Under the pieces are notes generated by a model. The model was given only the letters and a program-made list of their open reading frames with translations, searched no databases and was not told the DNA's origin. The position numbers and the translations under genes were made by a program. This document shows, piece by piece, positions 54,510 through 62,391 of a stretch of 64,000 bases of DNA. How positions within the stretch are numbered: position 1 is the first letter of the stretch; each line of letters begins with the position of its first letter. This stretch comes from Myxococcota bacterium. Lineage in GTDB: Bacteria > Myxococcota_A > UBA9160 > UBA4427. Location of the stretch: positions 14,049-78,048 of the forward strand of contig JAPKBZ010000009.1 in the NCBI GenBank assembly GCA_028823175.1, written 5' to 3'.

Positions 54510-55091
54510 CTACGAACTCCCTTCCCTCTTCTCTTTCAGCACCGCGAGCGCGGCAAAAGGAGAAGCGGGTTTTGTCTCTTCTTCACAAATACAGTTTTTT
54601 TCGGTCCGGTCGATGCCACAGATCGGGCAGAGGCCGGGACAATCGTCGCGACAGAGCGGCTGAATGGGAATCGAGAGAGAGACCACCTCGGTCAAAAAAT
54701 CGCCCAGATCGATCTCACCACCCCGGTACCAACCACTCTCCAAATCTTCCCCCAGGCACATTCCACTACGCTCGAGAGCCGCCCGGCCCTCCTCGTCACT
54801 GGGCCCGACCTCTTCATCCAACGGTGCAAGAACGAGCTGGAAGGAATCTTGGAGGGCGTGACGATAGCGCTTGGCACAGCGAGCGCATTCCGCATCGAGA
54901 ATTCCCTCGAGATCGCCTTCGATGTGGACATTTTCGGCCGCCACCCGGGCGGCCAATCGGATCTCGGGTTCGCCCACCAGTTGGGCCCCGGACGCCTCGA
55001 CGTCGGCAAAATGCTCCGCCCACCAGTCCCGCTCGACGGGGTAGCGAAAGGCCTCGGGGGCCTCCTTTAGCTGATCCACACTCAATTTCAC
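54510..55091 (-). CDS. yceD: YceD/DUF177-family protein (23S rRNA accumulation protein)
   Basis: 193 aa with C-terminal CRDDCPGLCPICGIDRTEKNC. Its position directly upstream of rpmF is the conserved arrangement. The start codon is GTG. Confidence 0.88.
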   Translation of the reverse strand: MKLSVDQLKEAPEAFRYPVERDWWAEHFADVEASGAQLVGEPEIRLAARVAAENVHIEGDLEGILDAECARCAKRYRHALQDSFQLVLAPLDEEVGPSDEEGRAALERSGMCLGEDLESGWYRGGEIDLGDFLTEVVSLSIPIQPLCRDDCPGLCPICGIDRTEKNCICEEETKPASPFAALAVLKEKREGSS

Positions 55092-55226
55092 TGTTTCAGT
55101 CTCTGTCCAGGCTCTGAAAAGTCTTTAAAAAACAGATGCTTGAAGAAAAATTCCGGCGATTCGGGGGGCAATCGAATAGCAGAATCCCGGTAGACTCGGC
55201 AAGGGCTGCGGTATGCTGCCGCGCCC

Positions 55227-56651
55227 ATGACCGATTTACGCACCCGATTCGCACCGAGCCCCACGGGGTTTCTTCACCTAGGCAGCGCCCGCACGGCGCT
55301 CTACAACTGGGCTCACGCCCGTCGCCACGGCGGCTGCTTCGTCCTGCGCATCGAGGATACTGACCTCGAGCGCTCGACCCGGGAGTCCGAGGAAACAGTC
55401 CTCGACGGCCTCCGTTGGCTGGGACTCGATTGGGACGAAGGCCCCCACCGCCAGACCGAGCGGCGGGAGCGGCACGGCGAGGCCATCGACGGGCTCCTGG
55501 GCGCCGATCGCGCCTACCGCTGCACCTGCTCCCGGGAAGAACTCGAGGTTCGAAAAGAGGAGGATATCGCCGCGGGCGGGGCCGGGATTTACGACGGTCG
55601 CTGCCGAGATCTCAACCTGGGCCCCGATTGTGGCGCCCATACGGTTCGGCTGCGGGTCCCCGACGAGGGGTTGCTCGGCTGGGACGACGCGGTTTTCGGT
55701 CCCAGCGGCCAGGATGCCCGGCAGATCGGCGACGCCATCATCCAACGCGGGGACGGGACGCCCCTCTACAATCTCGCCGTGGTGGTCGATGACATCGACA
55801 TGGCCATCAGCCACGTCATTCGGGGTGCGGATCACCACCCCAACACCCCACTCCAGATCGCCATCTACAGGGCCCTGGAAGCTCCCTTGCCGACCTTTGC
55901 CCATCTCCCCCTGATCGTCGGGGAGTCTGGGAAAAAGCTCTCCAAGCGGCGCGACAATGTCTCGATCCAGGATTTTCGAGCCGACGGGCACCTGCCCGAG
56001 GCTCTGGTCAACTGGCTCGTCCGGCTTGGCTGGTCTCACGGAGACGACGAGATCTTCTCCCTCACCGAAATCGGCGAACTCTTCAGCCTCGAAAATGTCG
56101 GACGCTCTCCCGCACGGGCCGAGCCGCCCAAGCTTGCCTGGCTCGGCCAGCACTACATCAAGGCGCTTCCCGGCGACGAACTCTTCGCCCGGGTCCGCCC
56201 CTACCTCGAGAGCGTGAAGGGCGCGGCCGTCGAAGATGAGGAGAGCCTGCGCGCCCTCCTCGAACTTCTGCGTGAGCGCAGCCGAACCCTGGTGGAAATG
56301 GCCGAACTCGCGCACTGGAAATTGCGCGAAGACCTGGAGTACGACGAAAAGGCCGTCAAGAAGCACCTGCGCCCGGCGGCCCTGCCCATCTTGCAGGCAC
56401 TCGAAGAGGCCATGGGCGGACTCGATGAATGGACGCTCGCCGGCCTCGAGAAGGCCTTCGACGCCGTGGCCGCCCAACTCGGCGACCTTAAACTGGGCAA
56501 GCTTGCCCAACCCGTGCGCGTCGCGATCACCGGGGGACCCAACTCACCCGGGATCTTCGAGACCCTCGAAATTCTCGGACGCGAGCGCACCCTCGTCCGG
56601 ATCGGAAAGGCGATAGAAATCGTCGAGGCCCGAGTAGAATCGGCGGATTGA
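55227..56651 (+). CDS. gltX: Glutamate--tRNA ligase
   Basis: 474 aa with RFAPSPTGFLHLGSARTALYNW (HIGH), a CTC..YDGRC zinc motif and KLSKR (KMSKS). Confidence 0.96.
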   Translation: MTDLRTRFAPSPTGFLHLGSARTALYNWAHARRHGGCFVLRIEDTDLERSTRESEETVLDGLRWLGLDWDEGPHRQTERRERHGEAIDGLLGADRAYRCTCSREELEVRKEEDIAAGGAGIYDGRCRDLNLGPDCGAHTVRLRVPDEGLLGWDDAVFGPSGQDARQIGDAIIQRGDGTPLYNLAVVVDDIDMAISHVIRGADHHPNTPLQIAIYRALEAPLPTFAHLPLIVGESGKKLSKRRDNVSIQDFRADGHLPEALVNWLVRLGWSHGDDEIFSLTEIGELFSLENVGRSPARAEPPKLAWLGQHYIKALPGDELFARVRPYLESVKGAAVEDEESLRALLELLRERSRTLVEMAELAHWKLREDLEYDEKAVKKHLRPAALPILQALEEAMGGLDEWTLAGLEKAFDAVAAQLGDLKLGKLAQPVRVAITGGPNSPGIFETLEILGRERTLVRIGKAIEIVEARVESAD

Positions 56652-56739
56652 GATTGAGAGAGGCCCGCTCTCGCACTAGTATCCCGACGGCTCAGAACGG
56701 TTCGCCCTCGGGTGGAATCAGCTGAGCGGCGCGCTTCGT

Positions 56740-56813
56740 TCCCCGGTCGTCTAACGGCAGGACAGCGGACTCTGAATCCGCGAATCATGGTTCGAATCCA
56801 TGCTGGGGAACCA
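56740..56813 (+). tRNA. tRNA-Gln (anticodon CUG)
   Basis: Cloverleaf folded by hand. The acceptor stem is TCCCCGG/CTGGGGA with U1:A72. The D-arm is GTCT-AACGGCA-GGAC. The anticodon stem is GCGGA/TCCGC with loop CTCTGAA. The T-arm is CATGG-TTCGAAT-CCATG. The discriminator is A and CCA is encoded. Confidence 0.9.
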
Positions 56814-56832
56814 AGCCGCAGCCCGCTTCCCG

Positions 56833-57735
56833 TCAGGACGAAGCCCCCGCCACCAGGAAGCGAAGCCACAACTCCTGGAGCGGAACGAAGACCGAAAAAA
56901 TCGCCCCCACTGCCAGGGCGGGACCGAAACCGAACGGGCTCGAAAGGTCCCGGCGGATGAGTCCCCAAATCACGCCCACCAACAGGCCGATGATGGACGC
57001 GGACAGGAGAGTGTCCAACACGCCCCAGGGGCCGACAAAGGCCCCAATCATGGCGAGTAGCTTCACGTCGCCAAAGCCAAGACCGGGAAACCAGAGCCAA
57101 TAATCGGCCTGCCCGGGTCGCGGCAGGGCTTCGCCCTCGCCGGGCCAATGCGAAAATTTCCGACCGAGAGCCACCGAAAGCCGGGCGTGGAAAAAACCGA
57201 CACTCCACAGGAAGCCCGCGCCGATCAACGCACCCAGCCCGCTATGCACCAGGGCCGACGCGTAGTCGATGTCCGTATCGAAACTGGTCGCCACGGGGAC
57301 ACACGCGAGCCCCACCGCGAGCCCACCCAGGGAGATCTCGTCGGGAATGATCTGGTGATCCAAATCGATCATGGCCGCCGCGACCAAAGCCGCCGCGAAG
57401 GCCATGAAGAGCAGCGCCAGGGGCGTCGGCCCGAATCGCCAGGCCATGGCCACGAAGAGGATCCCCGTAACGGCCTCGACGGCGGGATAACGGAGCGAGA
57501 TCCCCGCCCCGCAGTGCCGACAGCGCCCGCGGAGGGCGATGTACGAGAGGACCGGAATATTGTCCCCCGCCGAGATCGGCGTCTGGCAACCCGGGCAACG
57601 GGAGCGGGGAGAAACGACGGATTCGCCCAGGGGCAGGCGATGAATCACGACGTTCAGAAAGGAGCCCACCACAAGCCCGAAGGCCAGGGCCGAACCGCTG
57701 ATGAAGGGCGCTCCGAATTCTTCGATCATTGCCAT
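56833..57735 (-). CDS. pilD: Prepilin peptidase / N-methyltransferase (A24 family, PilD-like)
   Basis: 300 aa with GSFLNVVIHRLP, CPGCQTPISAGDNIPVLSY..RGRCRHCG, and downstream GFGDVKL with multiple TM helices. Confidence 0.9.
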   Translation of the reverse strand: MAMIEEFGAPFISGSALAFGLVVGSFLNVVIHRLPLGESVVSPRSRCPGCQTPISAGDNIPVLSYIALRGRCRHCGAGISLRYPAVEAVTGILFVAMAWRFGPTPLALLFMAFAAALVAAAMIDLDHQIIPDEISLGGLAVGLACVPVATSFDTDIDYASALVHSGLGALIGAGFLWSVGFFHARLSVALGRKFSHWPGEGEALPRPGQADYWLWFPGLGFGDVKLLAMIGAFVGPWGVLDTLLSASIIGLLVGVIWGLIRRDLSSPFGFGPALAVGAIFSVFVPLQELWLRFLVAGASS

Positions 57736-57768
57736 TTCGCCATCCAGCCCGGCCTCTGCCCAGAGTCC

Positions 57769-58548
57769 CTACTCGAGGTCACGTCGGTGAAAGATATAAA
57801 TCGCCAGGGAGAGGAGCGCGGTGGTATAAGCCAAACCGTAGAGCACAGCCCAAGCCACCTCGGAGGCCGGGATCGGAAGCCCATGCACCGCCTGGATCGA
57901 GACGTTAAAAGTTTCGAGATCGGGCAGCACGCGGTAGAGCAAGGTGGCCGCGCGCCTGACGGAATCCACCTCGGCCTCCTGGCCGAGGAAGTAGAGGTTG
58001 CGGGAGAGGTGACCCAGCGCATAGATGCCCAGGGTAAAAAAGGCCGAGAGCATGGGCGTCGAGAAGGACGAAAAAAGCGTCGCCACGGCGACGATCACCA
58101 TCAACTCAATCCCCACCAGAAAAAGTGCAGCGGCGTACCCCCAATCCAGAGGCGCCCCCACCGACAGGGAAACTAAAACGAATGCCAGCCCCATCAGCAG
58201 CAGCTGCAACCAGACCGTGAGCAGGAGTCCGAAAAATTTTCCGAGCAGAAATTCTGCGCGGGTCACGGGCTTCGCCAGGATCGTGTAGATCGTGCGACGA
58301 TCCACCTCGCCGTGGATCAGGCCGATCCCTACGAAAATCGCGATTCCAACGCTGAAGAGTCGGATGGAAGCCAGGCCGATATCCTGGATGATCCGCTCAC
58401 CTTCCACATAGGAAAGGCTCGCAATCAGGACGGCGAAACCGATCATCGTCACGGCAAAGAAGAGCAGCGTGTAGAGCAGGCGATGGCGAACCGCCTCGCG
58501 TACGGTGTTGGTCGCAATCGGCCAGATTCGGTGAAGCGAGCCCGTCAA
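57769..58548 (-). CDS. ABC-2-type transporter permease
   Basis: 259 aa with six predicted TM helices. It overlaps the upstream ABC ATPase gene by 4 nt. Confidence 0.75.
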   Translation of the reverse strand: MTGSLHRIWPIATNTVREAVRHRLLYTLLFFAVTMIGFAVLIASLSYVEGERIIQDIGLASIRLFSVGIAIFVGIGLIHGEVDRRTIYTILAKPVTRAEFLLGKFFGLLLTVWLQLLLMGLAFVLVSLSVGAPLDWGYAAALFLVGIELMVIVAVATLFSSFSTPMLSAFFTLGIYALGHLSRNLYFLGQEAEVDSVRRAATLLYRVLPDLETFNVSIQAVHGLPIPASEVAWAVLYGLAYTTALLSLAIYIFHRRDLE

Positions 58549-59543
58549 GGGGTACCCCCCCCGCCCCTGCCCGCCCCAGCATCGGCCTTCTCGCCCTCTT
58601 CGACGGCCTCGAGAAAAATATGTTCGAGGGAGACCCGGTTCGGAGTGACGGACAGGATATCGGCACCCGCCCCCAAGGCCGCTTCAAGAAAACTCTGAAG
58701 CTGCCCATCCTTCACCTGCACCTCGACCCTCTCCCCCACCGTCTGGATCGTCGTCGAGAAACGCTCGCCGAGTTCCCTGGACGTTTCGCCCGATAAGCGG
58801 GCCAGCACGATATCGCTGCGCAGTTCGTCCTCCCTCAGGAACTCCCGGATCGGGCCCTCGTAACGAATCCTGCCCTTGACGATGATCGCGACCCGGTCAC
58901 AGATCATTTCCACATCGCTTAGGATATGCGTATTCATGAAGACGGTCTTGCCAGCGGCCTTGAGCCTGAGAATGATATCCCTGATGTCTTTGCGCCCGAT
59001 GGGATCGAGACCGCTCATGGGTTCGTCCAGAAAGGCCACTTCGGGATCGTGAATCAGCGCCTGGGCGATCCCAATGCGCTGAAGCATCCCCTTCGAATAG
59101 GTGCTCAGGCGCTCGTCGGAAGCATGCTCCAGTCGGACGAGCGCGAGCAGGTCGTTCACCCGACCTGCCAGGAGGGACGACTCCACTCCGCAGAGCCGGG
59201 CGTAGAAGCGCAGAATCTCACGCCCGGTGAGGAAGGGATAGAAATAGGGGTTTTCGGGCAGGAAGCCGATGTGCTGTCGGAAGCCCGCCTCGCCCACATC
59301 GCAACCCAGGATGGAAGCCCGCCCGGACGTTGGCCGGATCAGCCCCATCAGCACCTTCAGCGTGGTTGTCTTTCCCGCCCCATTGGGACCTACGAACCCG
59401 AAGATTTCCCCCTCGCGCACCGCGAAGGAAACCCCGTGTAGAACCCGTTTGGAGCGCAGTCCGAGACCCGGCCTGAAATTCTTGACGAGGCCGTCCACGC
59501 GAACGATTTCCCGGGGTCTATCCGTCATACTGGACAGCCCCAT
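58545..59543 (-). CDS. ABC transporter ATP-binding protein (ABC-2 partner)
   Basis: GPNGAGKTT, YSKGMLQRIGIAQAL and AFLDEPMSGLD. The start is either ATG 59543 or ATG 59528. The track start at 59777 overlaps the upstream gene. Confidence 0.88.
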   Translation of the reverse strand: MGLSSMTDRPREIVRVDGLVKNFRPGLGLRSKRVLHGVSFAVREGEIFGFVGPNGAGKTTTLKVLMGLIRPTSGRASILGCDVGEAGFRQHIGFLPENPYFYPFLTGREILRFYARLCGVESSLLAGRVNDLLALVRLEHASDERLSTYSKGMLQRIGIAQALIHDPEVAFLDEPMSGLDPIGRKDIRDIILRLKAAGKTVFMNTHILSDVEMICDRVAIIVKGRIRYEGPIREFLREDELRSDIVLARLSGETSRELGERFSTTIQTVGERVEVQVKDGQLQSFLEAALGAGADILSVTPNRVSLEHIFLEAVEEGEKADAGAGRGGGGTP

Positions 59544-59574
59544 CCGCCACTCTGCTCGGCAAAACCACGATTCC

Positions 59575-60579
59575 TCATCTCCCAGCCGCCTCTCGAAGCT
59601 CTTTTTCTCGGGCCCAACCCTCGGCGCGTTCGCGATCCGAGGCGGGGACGTGAAGCTGGTAACGCTTCCCATAGTAGGTCGAAACGATCCGATTATCCGA
59701 GGGATCGACGATCCACTCGGATCCGCGACGAAGAGACGCGGGAAGCGAAGACGGTTCGGGCGAGGGAAGCGCCCCAAGCAGGGGCGTGGCGCCCCGAGTC
59801 AGTTCATCCACAGTCTCGATATCTCTTCCCTCGAGTTCCCGAAAGCGCACTCGGGCTCCGTCCAGCTGGCGCGCACGCTGCTCGATCTCTATCTCATCGA
59901 GGGCCGATCGATAGCTCTCCCGGGCGGCTTCTCCCTGAGCGCCTCGCAAGAGTTCCTGGAGAAAAACCGACGCCACTTCCAGATCTGCGGATTCCGATTT
60001 GAGCCGCGCGGCGAGTCGCGGAAGATAACGCGGTGCACCCGCCAGCCGGCTCGCCCCTTCGAGGACCTCGGCGGCTTCGGCATTCTCGAGCAAATAAAAG
60101 AAATGGTTGAAGCCGAGGTAGTAGTGATTTCTCCAATCATCGGGGTGTTTTTCGATCCCACGCCGGAGCAGGCGATTGGCGGTACGCACGTTTTGCTCGC
60201 TCTGGGTCAGCCAGATTCCCGCGAACCGGTAGGGATGATCGACCCAGGGATTGAGTGTGGTCACCACGTCGATCAACTGGCCCAGGTGGGCGCCCAGTTC
60301 GGGAGTGATCCGCACATCCCCCCCCGCCGCCTGGATCGCCTGGAGCCAGTAGAAATCCGAAACCACAGCCCCAAAACCGAGGGAGACGAGACCGGCGACG
60401 GCCGGATCAGGTACGAAGACGTCCCCCAGGCTCTCCCCAGCCAAAGGCGGATTTCGCAGGTGGACGGCGTCGGCGACGAACAGGCCCAGCAGCCCCACCC
60501 CGAGCCCCAAGAGGCCCTGTCGGAAGCGCGCTCCGCGACGCCGGGAGGCCCCCTCCTCGATTACAGGCAATCCTTCCAT
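59575..60579 (-). CDS. Hypothetical membrane-anchored helical-repeat protein
   Basis: 334 aa with an N-terminal TM helix (GLLGLGVGLLGLFVADAV), then a helical, possibly TPR-like body. High GC3. It lies upstream of, and on the same strand as, the ABC-2 pair. Confidence 0.55.
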   Translation of the reverse strand: MEGLPVIEEGASRRRGARFRQGLLGLGVGLLGLFVADAVHLRNPPLAGESLGDVFVPDPAVAGLVSLGFGAVVSDFYWLQAIQAAGGDVRITPELGAHLGQLIDVVTTLNPWVDHPYRFAGIWLTQSEQNVRTANRLLRRGIEKHPDDWRNHYYLGFNHFFYLLENAEAAEVLEGASRLAGAPRYLPRLAARLKSESADLEVASVFLQELLRGAQGEAARESYRSALDEIEIEQRARQLDGARVRFRELEGRDIETVDELTRGATPLLGALPSPEPSSLPASLRRGSEWIVDPSDNRIVSTYYGKRYQLHVPASDRERAEGWAREKELREAAGR

Positions 60580-60730
60580 CCCCCTCAGTCAAATTCCACG
60601 GGCTGACCGTTCGGCTCGACCCGCCCAGATCACTGGCAAATTTCGGCCCCAGCTTACCCGAATCACCCCGGCTTCTCACGATTCCGGCGAGGTTCCCAAG
60701 GGCGGAACGGGCGCAAAGCTGATTCGTCGG

Positions 60731-60759
60731 TTGACAGCCCGCGAGGCAGTTGGCAAAGT
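60731..60759 (+). promoter_or_regulatory. Candidate promoter for tRNA-Glu
   Basis: TTGACA (60731-60736), a 17-nt spacer, then CAAAGT (60754-60759), 11 nt before the mature tRNA 5' end. The -10 element is weak. Confidence 0.35.
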
Positions 60760-60770
60760 CGGCCTTCGCT

Positions 60771-60846
60771 GCTCCCATCGTCTAGAGGCCTAGGACACGG
60801 CCCTCTCAAGGCTGAAACACGGGTTCGAGTCCCGTTGGGAGCACCA
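60771..60846 (+). tRNA. tRNA-Glu (anticodon CUC)
   Basis: The acceptor stem is GCTCCCA/TGGGAGC. The D-loop is AGAGGCCTA. The anticodon stem is CGGCC/GGCTG with loop CTCTCAA. The T-arm is ACGGG-TTCGAGT-CCCGT. CCA is encoded. Confidence 0.92.
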
Positions 60847-60876
60847 TCATCTCCACCCCGCCCCACCCCGTTTGCC

Positions 60877-60898
60877 CCCGCAGACGCCCGCAGACGCC
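60877..60898. repeat. 10-bp tandem repeat CCCGCAGACG x2.2
   Basis: Read directly: 60877-60886, 60887-60896, plus a partial copy. Confidence 0.85.
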
Positions 60899-60936
60899 TG
60901 CCCATCGGGCGAGCCCTGAAAAGCGGATGCTTACGG

Positions 60937-60999
60937 ACAAGCCCTTTACAAGCCCAGCACAAGCCCCGCACAAGCCCTTTACAAGCCCCGCACAAGCCC
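60937..60999. repeat. Six copies of the octamer ACAAGCCC spaced exactly 11 bp apart
   Basis: The octamers start at 60937, 60948, 60959, 60970, 60981 and 60992. The 3-nt spacers are TTT, AGC, CGC, TTT and CGC, and the array ends with TTC. The higher-order unit is ~33 bp x2. Confidence 0.9.
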
Positions 61000-61025
61000 T
61001 TCGCCACGCCCGGAGACGACCCCAA

Positions 61026-61664
61026 ATGGCCTCGGAATTCGCCTTTGCGTTCATGGACTGCGAGTTCGGCGGCCTGGACTTGGAAAAGCACGACATCACG
61101 GAAGTGGGCGTCATCCTCACCGACGAAAAGTTGGTCGAACAGGGCGAGCAGCAATGGCGGGTCAAGGCCCGCCCAGAGCGGATCAGCGATGAGGCGGCCG
61201 CTATTTTCGGCTACGACGCAGACCTCTGGGCCGAGGCACCGCCGGTTCGACAGGTTCTCGAAGAGTTGTCCGCCATGATGCCCAAAGGCAAGGTCGTGGT
61301 GCCCGCGGGTCAGAACGTCCGCATGGATGTCGCCTTCCTCGAGCGCGCCTACCGCAACTGCGAGATCCCCTACCCCTTCGATTACCACGTGATCGACCTG
61401 GCCACACTCTTCTACACCTGGAGCCTGGTGGCCGAAAAACCCGTAGGCGCTCTCTCCCTACGCCGCGCAGCCACCACAGCGGGCCTGCTAGGCGACGAGG
61501 GCGTCGCTCATCGCGCCTTGGCCGATGCACGGCTGACCCTAGAAACGTTCCGCCATTACGTGGGACGGCTCGCCCTGGCTCCGCCCGAGCAAGCCCACCC
61601 GGGGGGAACCCCAAGCGTGAATTCAGCGCAAGCCTCGGTCAACTCCGAAGCCGAAGAGGCCTGA
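61026..61664 (+). CDS. DEDDh-type 3'-5' exonuclease (DnaQ/epsilon-like domain)
   Basis: The ATG is at 61026. The motifs are FMDCEFGGLD (Exo I), AGQNVRMDVAFL (Exo II) and HRALADARL (Exo III, HxxxxD). The track ORF starts at 60927 and would add the repeat-encoded peptide. Confidence 0.8.
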   Translation: MASEFAFAFMDCEFGGLDLEKHDITEVGVILTDEKLVEQGEQQWRVKARPERISDEAAAIFGYDADLWAEAPPVRQVLEELSAMMPKGKVVVPAGQNVRMDVAFLERAYRNCEIPYPFDYHVIDLATLFYTWSLVAEKPVGALSLRRAATTAGLLGDEGVAHRALADARLTLETFRHYVGRLALAPPEQAHPGGTPSVNSAQASVNSEAEEA

Positions 61665-61699
61665 TCGACAATCCCAGGCCCGACCCGGGAAAGTGGGAC

Positions 61700-62008
61700 T
61701 CAGTCGTCTTCGCGAGAATCGTCCGTAGCCTTGCCGTAGCGTTTCTCGACCAACTCCCAGAGGGTTTCGCGAAGTCGCGCCTTGAACTGAGGGTCGGCTT
61801 GGTTGCCCTCATGCTCCGGCGCGGCGAACTCGAGCAGTTCCTCGGGATCGATCGCCAGTTCATCGGCAACCGATGAAGAATCGACCCGGGACCAACCCGG
61901 CGAATCCAGAGTGCGCTTGGCGCCAGCGGAATCTTCGGAGCGGCTGGACCTGCCCCGAGCCCGGTCACGTCCCCCCGGAACACGAGTCGTCAGCTCTTTT
62001 CGATCCAC
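61700..62008 (-). CDS. Hypothetical small acidic protein
   Basis: 102 aa. The GTG start follows GGGAGAAGG. It has an Arg/Ser-rich N-terminal half and an acidic helical C-terminal half. I recognise no family. Coding status is moderately supported by codon bias only. Confidence 0.45.
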   Translation of the reverse strand: MDRKELTTRVPGGRDRARGRSSRSEDSAGAKRTLDSPGWSRVDSSSVADELAIDPEELLEFAAPEHEGNQADPQFKARLRETLWELVEKRYGKATDDSREDD

Positions 62009-62345
62009 GGCCTTCTCCCGTCACCTAAGCCCCCCAGAGGTTCGGTGACATTCTAGTGTGATCAATCAGGTTCAACGCTGCCGCTTGCACCTGTTACACG
62101 ATCTCGACTCGAAGATCACCTGACGGTCATACCACCCGCCCGCTACTTCTCCGAACCACCTGCGAAGATTACCAGAATGAAATCAACTTCCTGGAGCCCT
62201 CGCTTGCAGGGGGATGTGGTCCCAGGGAGCCTGTTGTGGCAAAAACAGAGGCCGGGTCACATATTTGCCTGGCGCCCAGGGTCTGGGCTGCGCAGCGGGC
62301 CGGATACTGAGCCTCTTCGCTGAGCCTCTTCGCCGAGCCTGGTCA

Positions 62346-62378
62346 CGAGGCGGCTTCCCCTCGGGGGGCCGTGCCTCG
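62346..62378 (-). terminator. Imperfect GC-rich hairpin 14 nt downstream of the ECF sigma stop codon
   Basis: cgaggcggcttCCCCtcggGGGGccgtgcctcg: an inner CCCC/GGGG stem with a 4-nt loop and an outer CGAGG(C)/(G)CCTCG stem. Confidence 0.3.
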
Positions 62379-62391
62379 ACAGCGCTTCGCG

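Noticed and set aside
10661-59777. Longest-ORF start codons in the track for several genes: 10661, 14122, 14679, 15646, 23763, 30151, 30485, 35610, 36420, 44361/44366, 49956, 54370 and 59777.
   Set aside because: These starts would overlap the preceding gene by tens to hundreds of nt and add Arg/Pro-rich non-homologous N-termini. Internal starts that abut or overlap the upstream stop codon, or follow a GGAGG-like site, fit the family N-termini better.
1409-60606. Many long ORFs run antisense to, or out of frame with, the genes called above. Examples are 1409..2572+, 3215..5038+, 10823..11986-, 14673..15728-, 19288..20640-, 20914..22344-, 26054..26959+, 35686..36501+, 40584..41906+, 43324..44250+, 46617..48002+, 50048..51319+, 55278..56510-, 57148..58176+ and 59269..60606+.
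   Set aside because: They are typical high-GC artefacts. Their translations are Arg/Gly/Pro/Ala-rich with no recognisable motifs. Each is fully covered by an opposite-strand or other-frame gene with clear family motifs and G/C-ending codons.
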